DNA of 64,000 bases, taken from positions 288,001 through 352,000 of the forward strand of contig CAWKKR010000001.1 in NCBI GenBank assembly GCA_963850305.1, in the 5' to 3' direction. The notes under the pieces are model-generated. The model was not told the DNA's origin. It saw only the letters and a program-made list of their open reading frames with translations, and searched no databases. This DNA comes from an uncultured delta proteobacterium (GTDB lineage Bacteria; Myxococcota_A; Polyangia; Polyangiales; Polyangiaceae). This document shows, one piece after another, positions 9,542 through 22,735 of the stretch (position 1 is its first letter; each line of letters starts with the position of its first letter). Position numbers and translations under genes: made by a program.

Positions 9542-10961
9542 TCACAGGAGGGTGAGCAGATGTTGTTTGATCGACTGCCGCGTCAGGTCGTCGGGTGCAA
9601 CATTTAACGCGCGTTCCCACATTTCAGTCGCTTTGTTACGGAAGCCGGCCTTCTGGTACAGAATGGCGAGGTTCCTCACGGCCGGGAAGTGTCTCGAGTT
9701 TATCTCAACCGCGCGCTCGAGCTCACTGATTGCTTCATAGACGTGCCCTTTCTTTCCCTGAAGGAGTCCCAGATGGAAGTGAAGCCGAAACGCCAGCGGG
9801 TCGATGGCGATCCCTCTCCGGAGATGTGCGACGGCGTCGTCGATTCGCCCATCCTGGTATGCTGCCACGCCTGCATTGAGTTCCTGCTCTGCCTCCTCCG
9901 ACATCTCTCGTACGCGCGAACTGGAGGGCTCGTCCTCTGAATCGAGCGAGATTTCCACGGCTCTGACGAGCTCCGCGATCTTGAACGGCTTCTCCAGATA
10001 GTGCTCGACTCCGCAGCTTTCCCGGAGATCCTCGGCGAACCTCCAGCCCCGGTACACCGCACTCACCATGATGATGGGGAGGTGAGCGTAGCGTTTGCTC
10101 GCCTTGATTCGGCGGGCGATCTCGAACCCGTGAACCTCCGGAAGCATCGCATCGAGGATCACGAGATCCGGCGCATGTTCCTTGACCATCCCGAGCGCTG
10201 CGCGCCCGTTGTCCGTCGAAACGACGCGGTAACCCTTGCCCTGGAGCAGCCGCTCCAGCATCAGCCGGATGTCCTGTTCGTCGTCCACCACGAGGACGGT
10301 CTTCGTGCCGGGTGCCATAACCACGGAGATCCGGTCCGGCGCCTCGATGACCGCGCTGAGTTCCTTCGAGAGAATCGCCGAAGTCCGCATCTGGCAGGTC
10401 GCTGTCGCGGACGCGTTTCATCTTTTCGTCCACGACCACCGCCGTCTCGACCACGGGGCTCGACTCGGGCTCCGACGCCGCGGGCTCGGACAGCGTCTTG
10501 GAGCCAGCCTGAGCCTTCTTGACAACCTCGGGGGGGCAGGCCGAACCGACGTAGAACTGCTCGTCCCGGGAGCGCATCGAGTACGCCCGCTCGATCGTCT
10601 CCGCGAGCGGACCCGCGGGTGCGGCGTAAGGGAAGACTTTTTTGTCGGTCACGAACTCGAGCTCGTCGATCACCTTTTGCTCGAGGGGGTTGGCCATTGC
10701 GACGAACAGCCGGTCTTCCCTAACGAGGACCGGGAGGATGACGTGCCGCCGCGCGATCTCGAGCGGGATCAGATCCAAATCCACGAGTCGGACACACACC
10801 TGCTCGAGGTCGATGGCCGGTACGCCGAATTTCTCGCTGAGCGCTTTCAGCTCGTCGACGTCGGACGTGACTCGATTCTTCGCCTGCGCGGCGTCGCCGG
10901 AGCCTATCGCCCTCTGCTGGAGCGCGATGCGCCCGATGTTCTTCTTGTCGCCCTGGCTCAT
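9542..10961 (-). CDS. GspE/PilB N-terminal (T2SSE_N) domain + receiver + TPR protein, split by a 1-nt frameshift near 10374
   Basis: The 5' frame gives IPLEIARRHVILPV..LFVAMANP..IDELEF; the 3' frame gives VLVVDDE..LDAMLP..EKPF and TPR repeats. Removing one T (GATTCTC to GATCTC) joins them. Confidence 0.75.
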
Positions 10962-10978
10962 GGCTCGGACCCTGCTCC

Positions 10979-14597
<3,619 letters not shown>

Positions 14598-14682
14598 CTC
14601 GCCTGCGAGCCTAACCCCTAGTGACGCCGGTCCGCCAGCAGCGAAGTGCCGTGATCGGTCCAGGCAAAACCCGGCGAAAGTC

Positions 14683-16179
14683 TCAGGATGGGGACGCACG
14701 CGCGTCTTCGCGGGCGCGCTCGATGGCAGTCGTCAGCTCCCGTACGTCGAACGGCTTCACGAGTGAACGAGCGACCCGGTCCGGTGGCCCGAGCACGGTG
14801 CGGCTCGCCGACATGAGAACGATTCCGATGTCCGGGCGCTCGCCGCGGAACTGCTCCGCGAGCTCGCGCCCATCGCCATCGCCCAGCTTCACGTCGAGAA
14901 CGGCGACATCGATCGTGTCGCGATACTGCGCGAAGAGCCGCCGGCACTCGGCGGCGCTCATGGCGGCGTAAACGGAGTGCCCCATGCGGCGAAGCTGGCG
15001 AGCGACGGCGCCGACGAGCGCGACCTCGTTGTCGGCGAGCAGCACGAGCGCCGGGGAAACATTGCGGACGGGTTCGAGTGCGATCGGCGCCGTCTCCCGC
15101 ACCACGGCCGTCGGTGGCCACGTCACCCGGAACTCCGCGCCACCACCGCTCCGGTCTCCGACCGTCACTTCTGCGCCCGTGGTCCGTGCCACGGCTTCGA
15201 CTATCGCGAGACCCAACCCCGTTCCCCAACCGGCGCCCGAATCGCCTTCGCCCGGGCGCCGCTTCGTGGTGAAATACGGCTGGAAAATGCGCTCCCTCAG
15301 CTCAGCGGGAACGCCCGGGCCGTGATCTGCGACCACGAGCTCGACGCCGCCCTCCGGCGTGGGGCCGAGCGTAACCTCGATGCCACCCGCGTGGAGTCGC
15401 GTGGCGTCGCGCGCATTCACGAGGAGATTCAGCACGAGCTGATGCAGGCGAGCGCGATCCCCGACGACCTCCGGAGTGTCGCTCGTGATGTCGAGGATGA
15501 TCGGCACCGCGCTCGAACCGCGACCGAGCACGGCCGCCGCGGCACGCACCTCAGCCGCCAGCGAGATGGGACGCCAGCTGCCCGTCTCGTCGAAGGCGAT
15601 CGCCCGCAACGAGCGCGCGAGCGACGCCCCGCGCTCGGCTTCCTCGATGATAGAGACGAAGTCCGCGGATGGATCGCCGGTCCCGTCGTGCGCGTCCGCC
15701 GCGCCGGCCTGGGCGGTCGCGACGATCGCGGCCAGCAGGTTGTTTAGATCGTGCGCGAGGCCCCCCGCAAACCGCGCTATGGTCTCGCTGCGTTCGCGCT
15801 GCGCACGCGAGGTCGCCTGGGTCACGCGCTCGGTGAAGTCCACGAGCAACACGAGAAACCGATCGCCTTCGAGCGCGGCCCCGTAGGCCTGCACGCTCAT
15901 CTGCAGATTGCCTTCGAGCCGAATCACGAGATCCTTGACGTCGAACCGTCGGCGCTCGGATAAAAGTGTCGCGACGAGGTTTCGAAGACCCGGGCTCGCG
16001 GACTCGAAAACGCCGTCGATATCGAGCCCCACCACGGACCCGAAGAGGGATTGGAACTGCTTGTTCGCCTCGAGAACACATCCACGCCCGTCAACGATGA
16101 CTTGAGGTACGGGCGCGCAGTCGAACGCTTCGTCGAACATTCTGGGGCTCGCGCGTCGATGGGCGTCGGGCACTTTCAC
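14683..16179 (-). CDS. Hybrid sensor histidine kinase (PAS-HisKA-HATPase-REC)
   Basis: AHDLNNLL H-box, NLLVNARDA, DHGPG, FQPYFTTK, GTGLGL and a C-terminal receiver. Confidence 0.92.
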   Translation of the reverse strand: MKVPDAHRRASPRMFDEAFDCAPVPQVIVDGRGCVLEANKQFQSLFGSVVGLDIDGVFESASPGLRNLVATLLSERRRFDVKDLVIRLEGNLQMSVQAYGAALEGDRFLVLLVDFTERVTQATSRAQRERSETIARFAGGLAHDLNNLLAAIVATAQAGAADAHDGTGDPSADFVSIIEEAERGASLARSLRAIAFDETGSWRPISLAAEVRAAAAVLGRGSSAVPIILDITSDTPEVVGDRARLHQLVLNLLVNARDATRLHAGGIEVTLGPTPEGGVELVVADHGPGVPAELRERIFQPYFTTKRRPGEGDSGAGWGTGLGLAIVEAVARTTGAEVTVGDRSGGGAEFRVTWPPTAVVRETAPIALEPVRNVSPALVLLADNEVALVGAVARQLRRMGHSVYAAMSAAECRRLFAQYRDTIDVAVLDVKLGDGDGRELAEQFRGERPDIGIVLMSASRTVLGPPDRVARSLVKPFDVRELTTAIERAREDARASPS

Positions 16180-16266
16180 TCGCGCTGCCCATCCGGACGA
16201 TCCATTTGGACCTTACCACTGTTCTCTAGTGCAAAGCCTCCGGAACCGGTGCTATCTCCGAAGCCC

Positions 16267-16714
16267 ATGCCTACACTCTCTGACATGCTCGGTGTGGAAC
16301 CGAATCGTGGCGCGGTCGTCGAAGATGCGTGTCGCGTTCTCGATCAGGAGGTTTCGGACAAGAGCGGGCTCGGCGGCCTTGCCATCAAGGCGGCGTATGG
16401 AGTCATCAAGGGGATCAAGCCTGGCTTCGTTCGGGAGGTGGTGGATGGGTTGCTCGACGAGTTTCTGAAGTCCCTGGAGCCCTTCTACCAAGACGCTTTG
16501 GCCAGGGGAGCCAAGCCCAGTGTCGTGTTGCAGTCGAACGCCAGCGGCGTCGCGGACGCCCTGCTAGCCGTGACGGACGGTAAGGCCGCCCGCGCCCAGC
16601 GTCCTGTGATCGAAATCAACGTACGAGAAGCTGCGTCCCTCCGCCAAGAAGCAGGTGGAAGTCGCCGTTCCACGCCTCGGAGCGATGCTTGACCGGCATG
16701 CGACGGCAGGCTGA
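16267..16714 (+). CDS. Conserved hypothetical protein (resembles DUF6918), frameshift near 16612
   Basis: MPTLSDML..EVSDKSGLGGLAIKAAY..ADALLAVTD. After removing one base the frame continues STYEKLRPSAKKQVEVAVPRLGAML to TGA 16714. Family name recalled from memory. Confidence 0.65.
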
Positions 16715-16886
16715 GCGGCGCGCCGCGTCAGGGTGGGCTGGAGCCCGCAGGCTGCGGGGACGATGCCTTGACAATGCGCTTCCGCCGGGACAATTAGCGG
16801 GCGCGTGTCGGCCCGGCCATCCGGAGCCGGACCGCGAGAGCCGCCTTCGGTAGCTGGCGGCGTAGAGAGAAAGGCCCGTCGTACTC

Positions 16887-18763
16887 ATGGCGACACAGCA
16901 GGAGCCCATCGTATCGGGCTCGACCTCTGCCCACCCCGTTCTGAAACACATCGAAGGGGCAGTCGTTCGTTTCTGCGGCGATTCGGGAGATGGGATGCAA
17001 GTGACCGGCTCCCAGTTCACGACCACGGCGGCGATGGTCGGCAACGACCTCTCGACGTTCCCCGACTTCCCCGCGGAAATCCGCGCACCAGCCGGCACGC
17101 TCTATGGCGTATCCGGGTTCCAGATCAATTTCTCGTCGCAGCACGTCTTCACACCCGGGGACGCCCCTGACGTCCTCGTCGCGATGAACCCCGCGGCGTT
17201 GAAGACGAACGTAAAAGATCTGCGCCCAGGCGGTTTGCTCATCGTGAACAGCGGCGCGTTCAACGGGCAGAACCTCAAGAAGGCAGGTTACGCCAAGAGC
17301 CCGCTCGAGGACGAGTCGCTCTCCGCGTATCGGCTGTTGCCGATCGACGTGACGAAGAACACGCTCGCGGCCGTCGAAGGCACGGGGCTCTCGACGAAGG
17401 AGGCGGGGCGCTGCAAGAATTTCTGGACCCTCGGCCTGATGTACTGGATTTACGACCGGCCGCTGGAGCCGACGCTCCGCTGGATCGACGACAAGTTCAA
17501 GAAGCGTCCCGACATCGCGAAGGGCAACGTTCAGGCCCTGAAAGCGGGACACGCTTTCGGCGAGACGATCGAAATCTCGCACGAGCGGTACGTGGTCCCG
17601 CCCGCTCCCGTCGAGAAGGGCGAGTACTGCAACATCTCCGGAAATACCGCCACCGCGTGGGGGTTCATCGCGGCAACGGAGCTTGCCGACATCAATCTCG
17701 TGCTCGGTTCATATCCCATCACGCCGGCGAGCGACGTCCTCCACGAGCTCAGCCGCTACAAGCAATTCGGAGTCACCACGGTTCAGGCCGAGGATGAGAT
17801 CGCGGCGGTGTGCGCCGCGATCGGCGCGTCCTACGCGGGCCGTCTCGGCGTCACTTCCACGAGTGGTCCCGGACTCGCGCTCAAGATGGAGGCCATCGGG
17901 CTCGCGGTTGCCATCGAGCTTCCGCTCGTCGTCCTCGACGTTCAGCGCGCCGGGCCAAGCACCGGCATGCCCACGAAGACGGAGCAGGCCGATCTCCTGC
18001 AGGCCGTATACGGAAGAAACAGCGAAGCGCCCGTGTGCGTGCTGGCCGCGTCGACGCCCGGCGATTGTTTCTACATGGCCATCGAGGCGTGCCGGATTGC
18101 CACGAAGTTCATGACACCGGTGATCCTCCTCACCGACGGATATCTCGCGAACGGTGCCGAGCCCTGGAAGATCCCGGAAGTGGACTCGCTCCCGCGCTTC
18201 CCGGTGAAGTTTCGGACGGAGCCCGACGGCTTTCATCCTTTCGCGCGGGACACCGCGACGCTCGCGCGGAACTGGGCGATCCCCGGCACCCCCGGTCTCA
18301 CGCACCGCATCGGGGGCATCGAGAAGGACTTCGACTCCGGTCACATCTCGTACGATCCGCGCAACCACGAGAAGATGTCGCGCACGCGCGCCGCCAAGGT
18401 GGCCGGCATCGCGAACGACGTGCCCGAGCAGAAGATCGCCGTCGGCGAAGACCACGGCAAGCTGTTGGTCCTGGGCTGGGGCTCCACGTACGGCGCGATC
18501 CACGAGGCGGTCCGGCGCTGCCGCGCGCGCGGGCTCGACGTGTCGCATGCCCACCTGAACTACCTCAACCCGATGCCGCGAAACCTGGGTGACCTCCTCA
18601 AGCGGTTCGATCGCGTGCTCGTGCCCGAGCTGAACCTGGGGCAACTCGTGCAACTCCTGCGCAGCCGGTACCTCGTCCCGGCCGAGTCCCTGCCAAAATC
18701 CAGGGACAGCCGTTCCGAATCGAAGAGCTCGAAGAGAAGATTCGCCAGATGATGGAGAGCTGA
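16887..18763 (+). CDS. korA: 2-oxoacid:ferredoxin oxidoreductase alpha subunit (gamma-alpha fusion), frameshift near 18697
   Basis: GDSGDG, DFPAEIRAP, YPITPAS, EDEIAA, TSGPG and QRAGPSTG motifs. One extra A in CCAAAATC restores KIQGQPF and a stop 2 nt before korB. Confidence 0.9.
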
Positions 18764-18765
18764 TC

Positions 18766-19785
18766 ATGTCCTACGTCATTCCGCCGAAGCTCACGAAGAA
18801 AGACTTCGAGACCGACCAGGATGTCCGCTGGTGTCCGGGCTGCGGGGATTATTCGATCCTCGCGAACGTCCAGAAGCTCATGCCGGAGCTCGGGATCCCG
18901 CGCGAGAACATCGTCTGGGTGAGCGGCATCGGCTGCTCGAGCCGGTTCCCGTACTACATGAACACTTACGGGTTCCACACGATCCATGGCCGCGCGCCCG
19001 CATTCGCGACGGGTATCAAGGTCGCGAATCCGGAGCTCGCCGTGTGGCTGGCAACGGGCGACGGCGACGGCCTCAGCATCGGCGGCAACCAGCTGATGCA
19101 TTGCCTCCGCCGCAACGTGGAAGTGAAGATCCTCCTCTTCAACAACCGGATCTACGGACTCACCAAGGGGCAATATTCGCCCACGAGCGAGCTCGGAAAG
19201 GTCACGAAGAGCACTCCGTACGGCTCCGCGGATCACCCCCTGGACCCGTGCGTGTTCGCCCTCGGCGCGGGCGCGAGTTTCGTCGGGCGGACCGTGGACG
19301 TTCAGGCGAAGGAGTTTGCCACCGTGCTGAAGCGCGCCGCGCTCCACAAGGGCGGGACGTTCACGGAGATCTACCAGAACTGCAACGTCTTCAACGACGA
19401 CGCCTTCGCCAGCTTCACCGAGAAGGCCGTGAAGGAAGATCGCCAGATCTTCGTCGAGCACGGGCAGCCGCTCCTCTTCGGCGAGGGGAAGAAGAAGGGG
19501 CTTCGCGTCGATCCGCGGACGCTTTCGCTCCGGGTCGTCACGCTGGGCGAGAACGAAGTGACGGAGAGCGAAATCCTCGTCCACGACGAGAAGAACGCGA
19601 CCATCGCGACGATGCTTGCGCGCATGCCATTCCCCGATTTTCCGATTGCCATGGGAGTCCTGTTCGCGTCCGAACGTCCGATTTACGAGCAGACGCTGGT
19701 CGAGCAGCGCAGCCGCGCGAGGACGCGGGCTGGCGAGGGCAGCCTCCGGAAATTGCTCCATTCTGGCGAGACCTGGACGGTCTGA
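18766..19785 (+). CDS. korB: 2-oxoacid:ferredoxin oxidoreductase beta subunit
   Basis: WCPGCGD, SGIGCS, HTIHGRA, GDGD..NN ThDP motif and YGLTKGQYSPT. Confidence 0.93.
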   Translation: MSYVIPPKLTKKDFETDQDVRWCPGCGDYSILANVQKLMPELGIPRENIVWVSGIGCSSRFPYYMNTYGFHTIHGRAPAFATGIKVANPELAVWLATGDGDGLSIGGNQLMHCLRRNVEVKILLFNNRIYGLTKGQYSPTSELGKVTKSTPYGSADHPLDPCVFALGAGASFVGRTVDVQAKEFATVLKRAALHKGGTFTEIYQNCNVFNDDAFASFTEKAVKEDRQIFVEHGQPLLFGEGKKKGLRVDPRTLSLRVVTLGENEVTESEILVHDEKNATIATMLARMPFPDFPIAMGVLFASERPIYEQTLVEQRSRARTRAGEGSLRKLLHSGETWTV

Positions 19786-19875
19786 GCTCCGTTCGGTTCA
19801 GCCCGAACGCGACCACTTCGAGCCGCCGTGGTTCGTGCAACAAGCATTGCTGACCTGGAATCGCGCGGCGAGCGA

Positions 19876-21483
19876 TCAGACGGTCTTCAATCGACGCTTG
19901 CTGGTCTCGCCCGGGCGCGTCGCAGGAGGTTCGCTGGATCGCCGTGAACGAGCGACGTCACTCTCGAGGATCGGCGAGAAGAAGTTGTCTTTCTTGACAT
20001 TCTCGTCCGGCGAGAACGCGAACTTGTAACTGGGCTCAGCGCGCTGCGAACAATCCGTGCGCTCGCAAAACCGACAGGTGACGCCGACGGGAACGGCGAT
20101 GCGCGCCGCGTGCTCGGGCACCCAGCGCGGGGAATCGTCTGCGTAGCCGATGTGGTGCGCGTCCTCCGCGTGGGTCCCGAGACCGATCGAGTATACCGTC
20201 CCCTTCACGAGCGAGCCTTGCACCGGCGTCGCGTTCACCTTCGCAAAGCAGAAGAATGCCGTGCCGTCCGGCATCACGCTGAACTGACGCGAGATCGTGC
20301 TGGGCGTCAGAAAAGCAGTGTGCACGACCCACTTTGGGCACGAGCCGAGGCCGACCGGGAACCCGAGACCCGTGGCGGAGTAACGCTTGGAGATATTTCC
20401 GCCCACGTCGACGCGAAGGAAGTGCATCGGCACGCCGCGGCGCTTCGTATCCGAGAGATTCGTGAGCCGGTGCGCGATGGCCTCGTAGCTCATCTCGAAG
20501 AGCCCCGAGAGTCCCTCGACGTCGTAGCGCGTGCGCTGCGCCTCTCGATGAACGTCCTCGTACGGCAGGAGCAGCGCGCCCGCAAAATAGTTCGCGAGAT
20601 GAATCTTCACGAGTCGCGGGGTCTCCGGGTGACGAGCGTCGAAGGATTCCGCGATCGAGCGATCGAGGCCGAGCTCGGCGATCCGGCGAAGGCCGATGAC
20701 GTGCGCGAGGTCGAACTTGCGGCGAGCTTCCGAGAGGTCCGCGGACAGAGCAAGCTTCCCCGAGCTTGCGTCGTAATATCGGACCACGCTCGACGAATGG
20801 CCGGGCGGAAGGACGCTCACCTGCACGCCCAGCCCCTCGAGCGCGCGGACTAGAGTGTCGCTGTGCACGCGGCGCTCGAGCCCGAAATCGCGACGCGCCC
20901 CGCCGCTGGCCTCCTCGAGTTCGGGGAAATAGTTCCGGTGTTCTTGCAGAAAATCGACGACCTCGTCGAGGGGCGAATAGTCGGAATGGAGCGCCGGCTC
21001 TTCGGCGCCGGGCCGGCGCACGAACGACGCTCGCGCCTTCTCGCCGGCCTCGCGACGCGAGAGGAGCTGCTGGAGCTTCTCGAGCTGGCTCCGGGTGTTC
21101 TTGTAGAGGTTGAAGAGCGTGGTCACCGTCGTGACGGCCATAGGCTCGGCGCTGATCGTCGCGACATCGTCGCGATCCAGGTTGAGCGAGCGCAGGAGAG
21201 GTTCGTCGAGCAGGAGGGCGAGGCTCTGCTCCACCGGCTTTTCGCCCAGACCGTCCAAGAACGGTTCCGGCTCGACGCGAAGGAGCTCGAGCGCCTTCCA
21301 CAGGAGGGGGAGCTGGACCGTGCGCCGGCCTTTCTCGATGAGGTTCAGGTACGACGCCGAAATCCCGAGTCTGCGTGCAAAGTCAGCCTGGGATTCGGCG
21401 CGATCGAGCCGCAGCTCGCGGAGACGCTGCCCCACCGCGGCGTTTCGAATACCGAGATTCGCCGCAGACGGGGTCATCTTCAC
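19876..21483 (-). CDS. Short-chain fatty acyl-CoA regulator (ScfR/RamB/PccR family, XRE HTH)
   Basis: LGISASYLNLIE HTH, ANYFAGALLLPY, RVDVGGNISKR, SCPKW and C-terminal CRFCERTDCSQRA. Confidence 0.9.
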   Translation of the reverse strand: MKMTPSAANLGIRNAAVGQRLRELRLDRAESQADFARRLGISASYLNLIEKGRRTVQLPLLWKALELLRVEPEPFLDGLGEKPVEQSLALLLDEPLLRSLNLDRDDVATISAEPMAVTTVTTLFNLYKNTRSQLEKLQQLLSRREAGEKARASFVRRPGAEEPALHSDYSPLDEVVDFLQEHRNYFPELEEASGGARRDFGLERRVHSDTLVRALEGLGVQVSVLPPGHSSSVVRYYDASSGKLALSADLSEARRKFDLAHVIGLRRIAELGLDRSIAESFDARHPETPRLVKIHLANYFAGALLLPYEDVHREAQRTRYDVEGLSGLFEMSYEAIAHRLTNLSDTKRRGVPMHFLRVDVGGNISKRYSATGLGFPVGLGSCPKWVVHTAFLTPSTISRQFSVMPDGTAFFCFAKVNATPVQGSLVKGTVYSIGLGTHAEDAHHIGYADDSPRWVPEHAARIAVPVGVTCRFCERTDCSQRAEPSYKFAFSPDENVKKDNFFSPILESDVARSRRSSEPPATRPGETSKRRLKTV

Positions 21484-21577
21484 AAGTTGACATTAAAGCG
21501 CGACTTTCGCGACCCCGCCGAAGTCAGATTGCGCTGACGGGCGACATCGGGCGCGAGATTGAGTATGAAGGCGCCCC

Positions 21578-21712
21578 ATGCCTCAGGACTCTCGAGCACG
21601 AAATCGTCAGAAACGCCGTCGCGCCAGGAAAAATGGCCTCTGGGAGCGCAACCGCGCCGCGGAAAACGCCGAAGCCGACAAGCCGAAAGCGCCCGCCAAG
21701 AAGGCAACGTAG
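21578..21712 (+). CDS. Small basic protein, 44 aa
   Basis: Below the ORF-track cutoff: MPQDSRARNRQKRRRARKNGLWERNRAAENAEADKPKAPAKKAT. Fills the gap between scfR and meaB; TATGAA lies 8 nt upstream. Confidence 0.55.
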   Translation: MPQDSRARNRQKRRRARKNGLWERNRAAENAEADKPKAPAKKAT

Positions 21713-21772
21713 CTATCCGCGGCGGGGCGGCCCCTCGATTTCTGGCAGCGCCGAGGCGATCGGCCCCCGACC

Positions 21773-22735
21773 TCAGCTCCGCCTGAGTTCGTTCACGGCG
21801 CCGACCGCCGTGGCCCCTCTCGAGACGCACGCTTCGAGTTGGGCGAGAACCGCCGCTTTGCCGCCGAGATCCTCGACGCCCTGCTCGCCCCATCTTTGAA
21901 GGAGGAGGCGGAGCGCCCAGCTCGCGGTTGCGCGACGCCGCCTGCCGGCAAGGGTTCCCCCCTCGATCATGTTTCTTCGATGCTCATCGAGGACGGCGAG
22001 CAGCTCGGCGACGCCGGTCTGCTTCGTGGCGCTGGTGGCGATGACCTTCGGGACACCGACGCCGGTACCGGACTGGATCGCGGCGAGCGCGGACGAAAGC
22101 TCGGCGACGGCACGTTCCGCGATCGAGCCGAGGTCGGCCTTGTTCACCGCGAAGACGTCGGGAACTTCGATGATGCCCGCCTTCAGGAACTGGAGGACGT
22201 CGCCGGAGCCTGGCTGGATCACCATGAGCACGGTGTCCGTCACGTGTTCGACGTCGGTCTCGCTCTGTCCGACGCCCGTGGTTTCGACCACGACCACGTC
22301 GTAAGCAGACGCAAGTACGTCGATGGCGGCGCCCGCCGCACGCGCGAGACCGCCGAGGTCGCCGCCAGAGGCCATCGATCGCACGAAGAGCCCGAGATCG
22401 TCGGGGTCGATGTCGATCCGCGCGCGATCACCGAGGAGAGCGCCGCCGCTGCGTGGACTCGACGGATCGACGGCCAGGACGCCGACCGTTCGCCCCGACG
22501 AACGGATCTGATGAACGAGCGCCGACACGAGGGTGCTCTTGCCGACGCCCGGCGGCCCGGTGATGCCGATCCGAGCTGCCCGGAGCGGGTCTGTCTCGCG
22601 AACGAGCGCGCGCAAGAGGTCGACGATCGACGATTGTGCGGACGGGCGACGGTCTTCCACGAGCGAGATCGCGCGCGCCACGGCGCCCGATTCCCGGTTG
22701 GCTACGCGCCGCGCGAGCTCTTCGGGGACGCTCAC
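21773..22735 (-). CDS. meaB: B12 mutase-associated GTPase chaperone
   Basis: GITGPPGVGKST, AVDPSS, GGALLGDR, ETTGVGQSE and VNKAD motifs; GTGA overlap with the mutase. Confidence 0.92.
   Translation of the reverse strand: MSVPEELARRVANRESGAVARAISLVEDRRPSAQSSIVDLLRALVRETDPLRAARIGITGPPGVGKSTLVSALVHQIRSSGRTVGVLAVDPSSPRSGGALLGDRARIDIDPDDLGLFVRSMASGGDLGGLARAAGAAIDVLASAYDVVVVETTGVGQSETDVEHVTDTVLMVIQPGSGDVLQFLKAGIIEVPDVFAVNKADLGSIAERAVAELSSALAAIQSGTGVGVPKVIATSATKQTGVAELLAVLDEHRRNMIEGGTLAGRRRRATASWALRLLLQRWGEQGVEDLGGKAAVLAQLEACVSRGATAVGAVNELRRS

Noticed and set aside
18690..18700. Programmed frameshift or phase variation in korA (and at the other single-indel sites)
   Set aside because: No slippery heptamer or long homopolymer; sequencing error is simpler.
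21478..21500. ScfR/RamB operator (TTCACAAGTTGACA)
   Set aside because: Does not match TTTGCAAA-type boxes well, and no copy was seen upstream of ccr, mcd or ecm.
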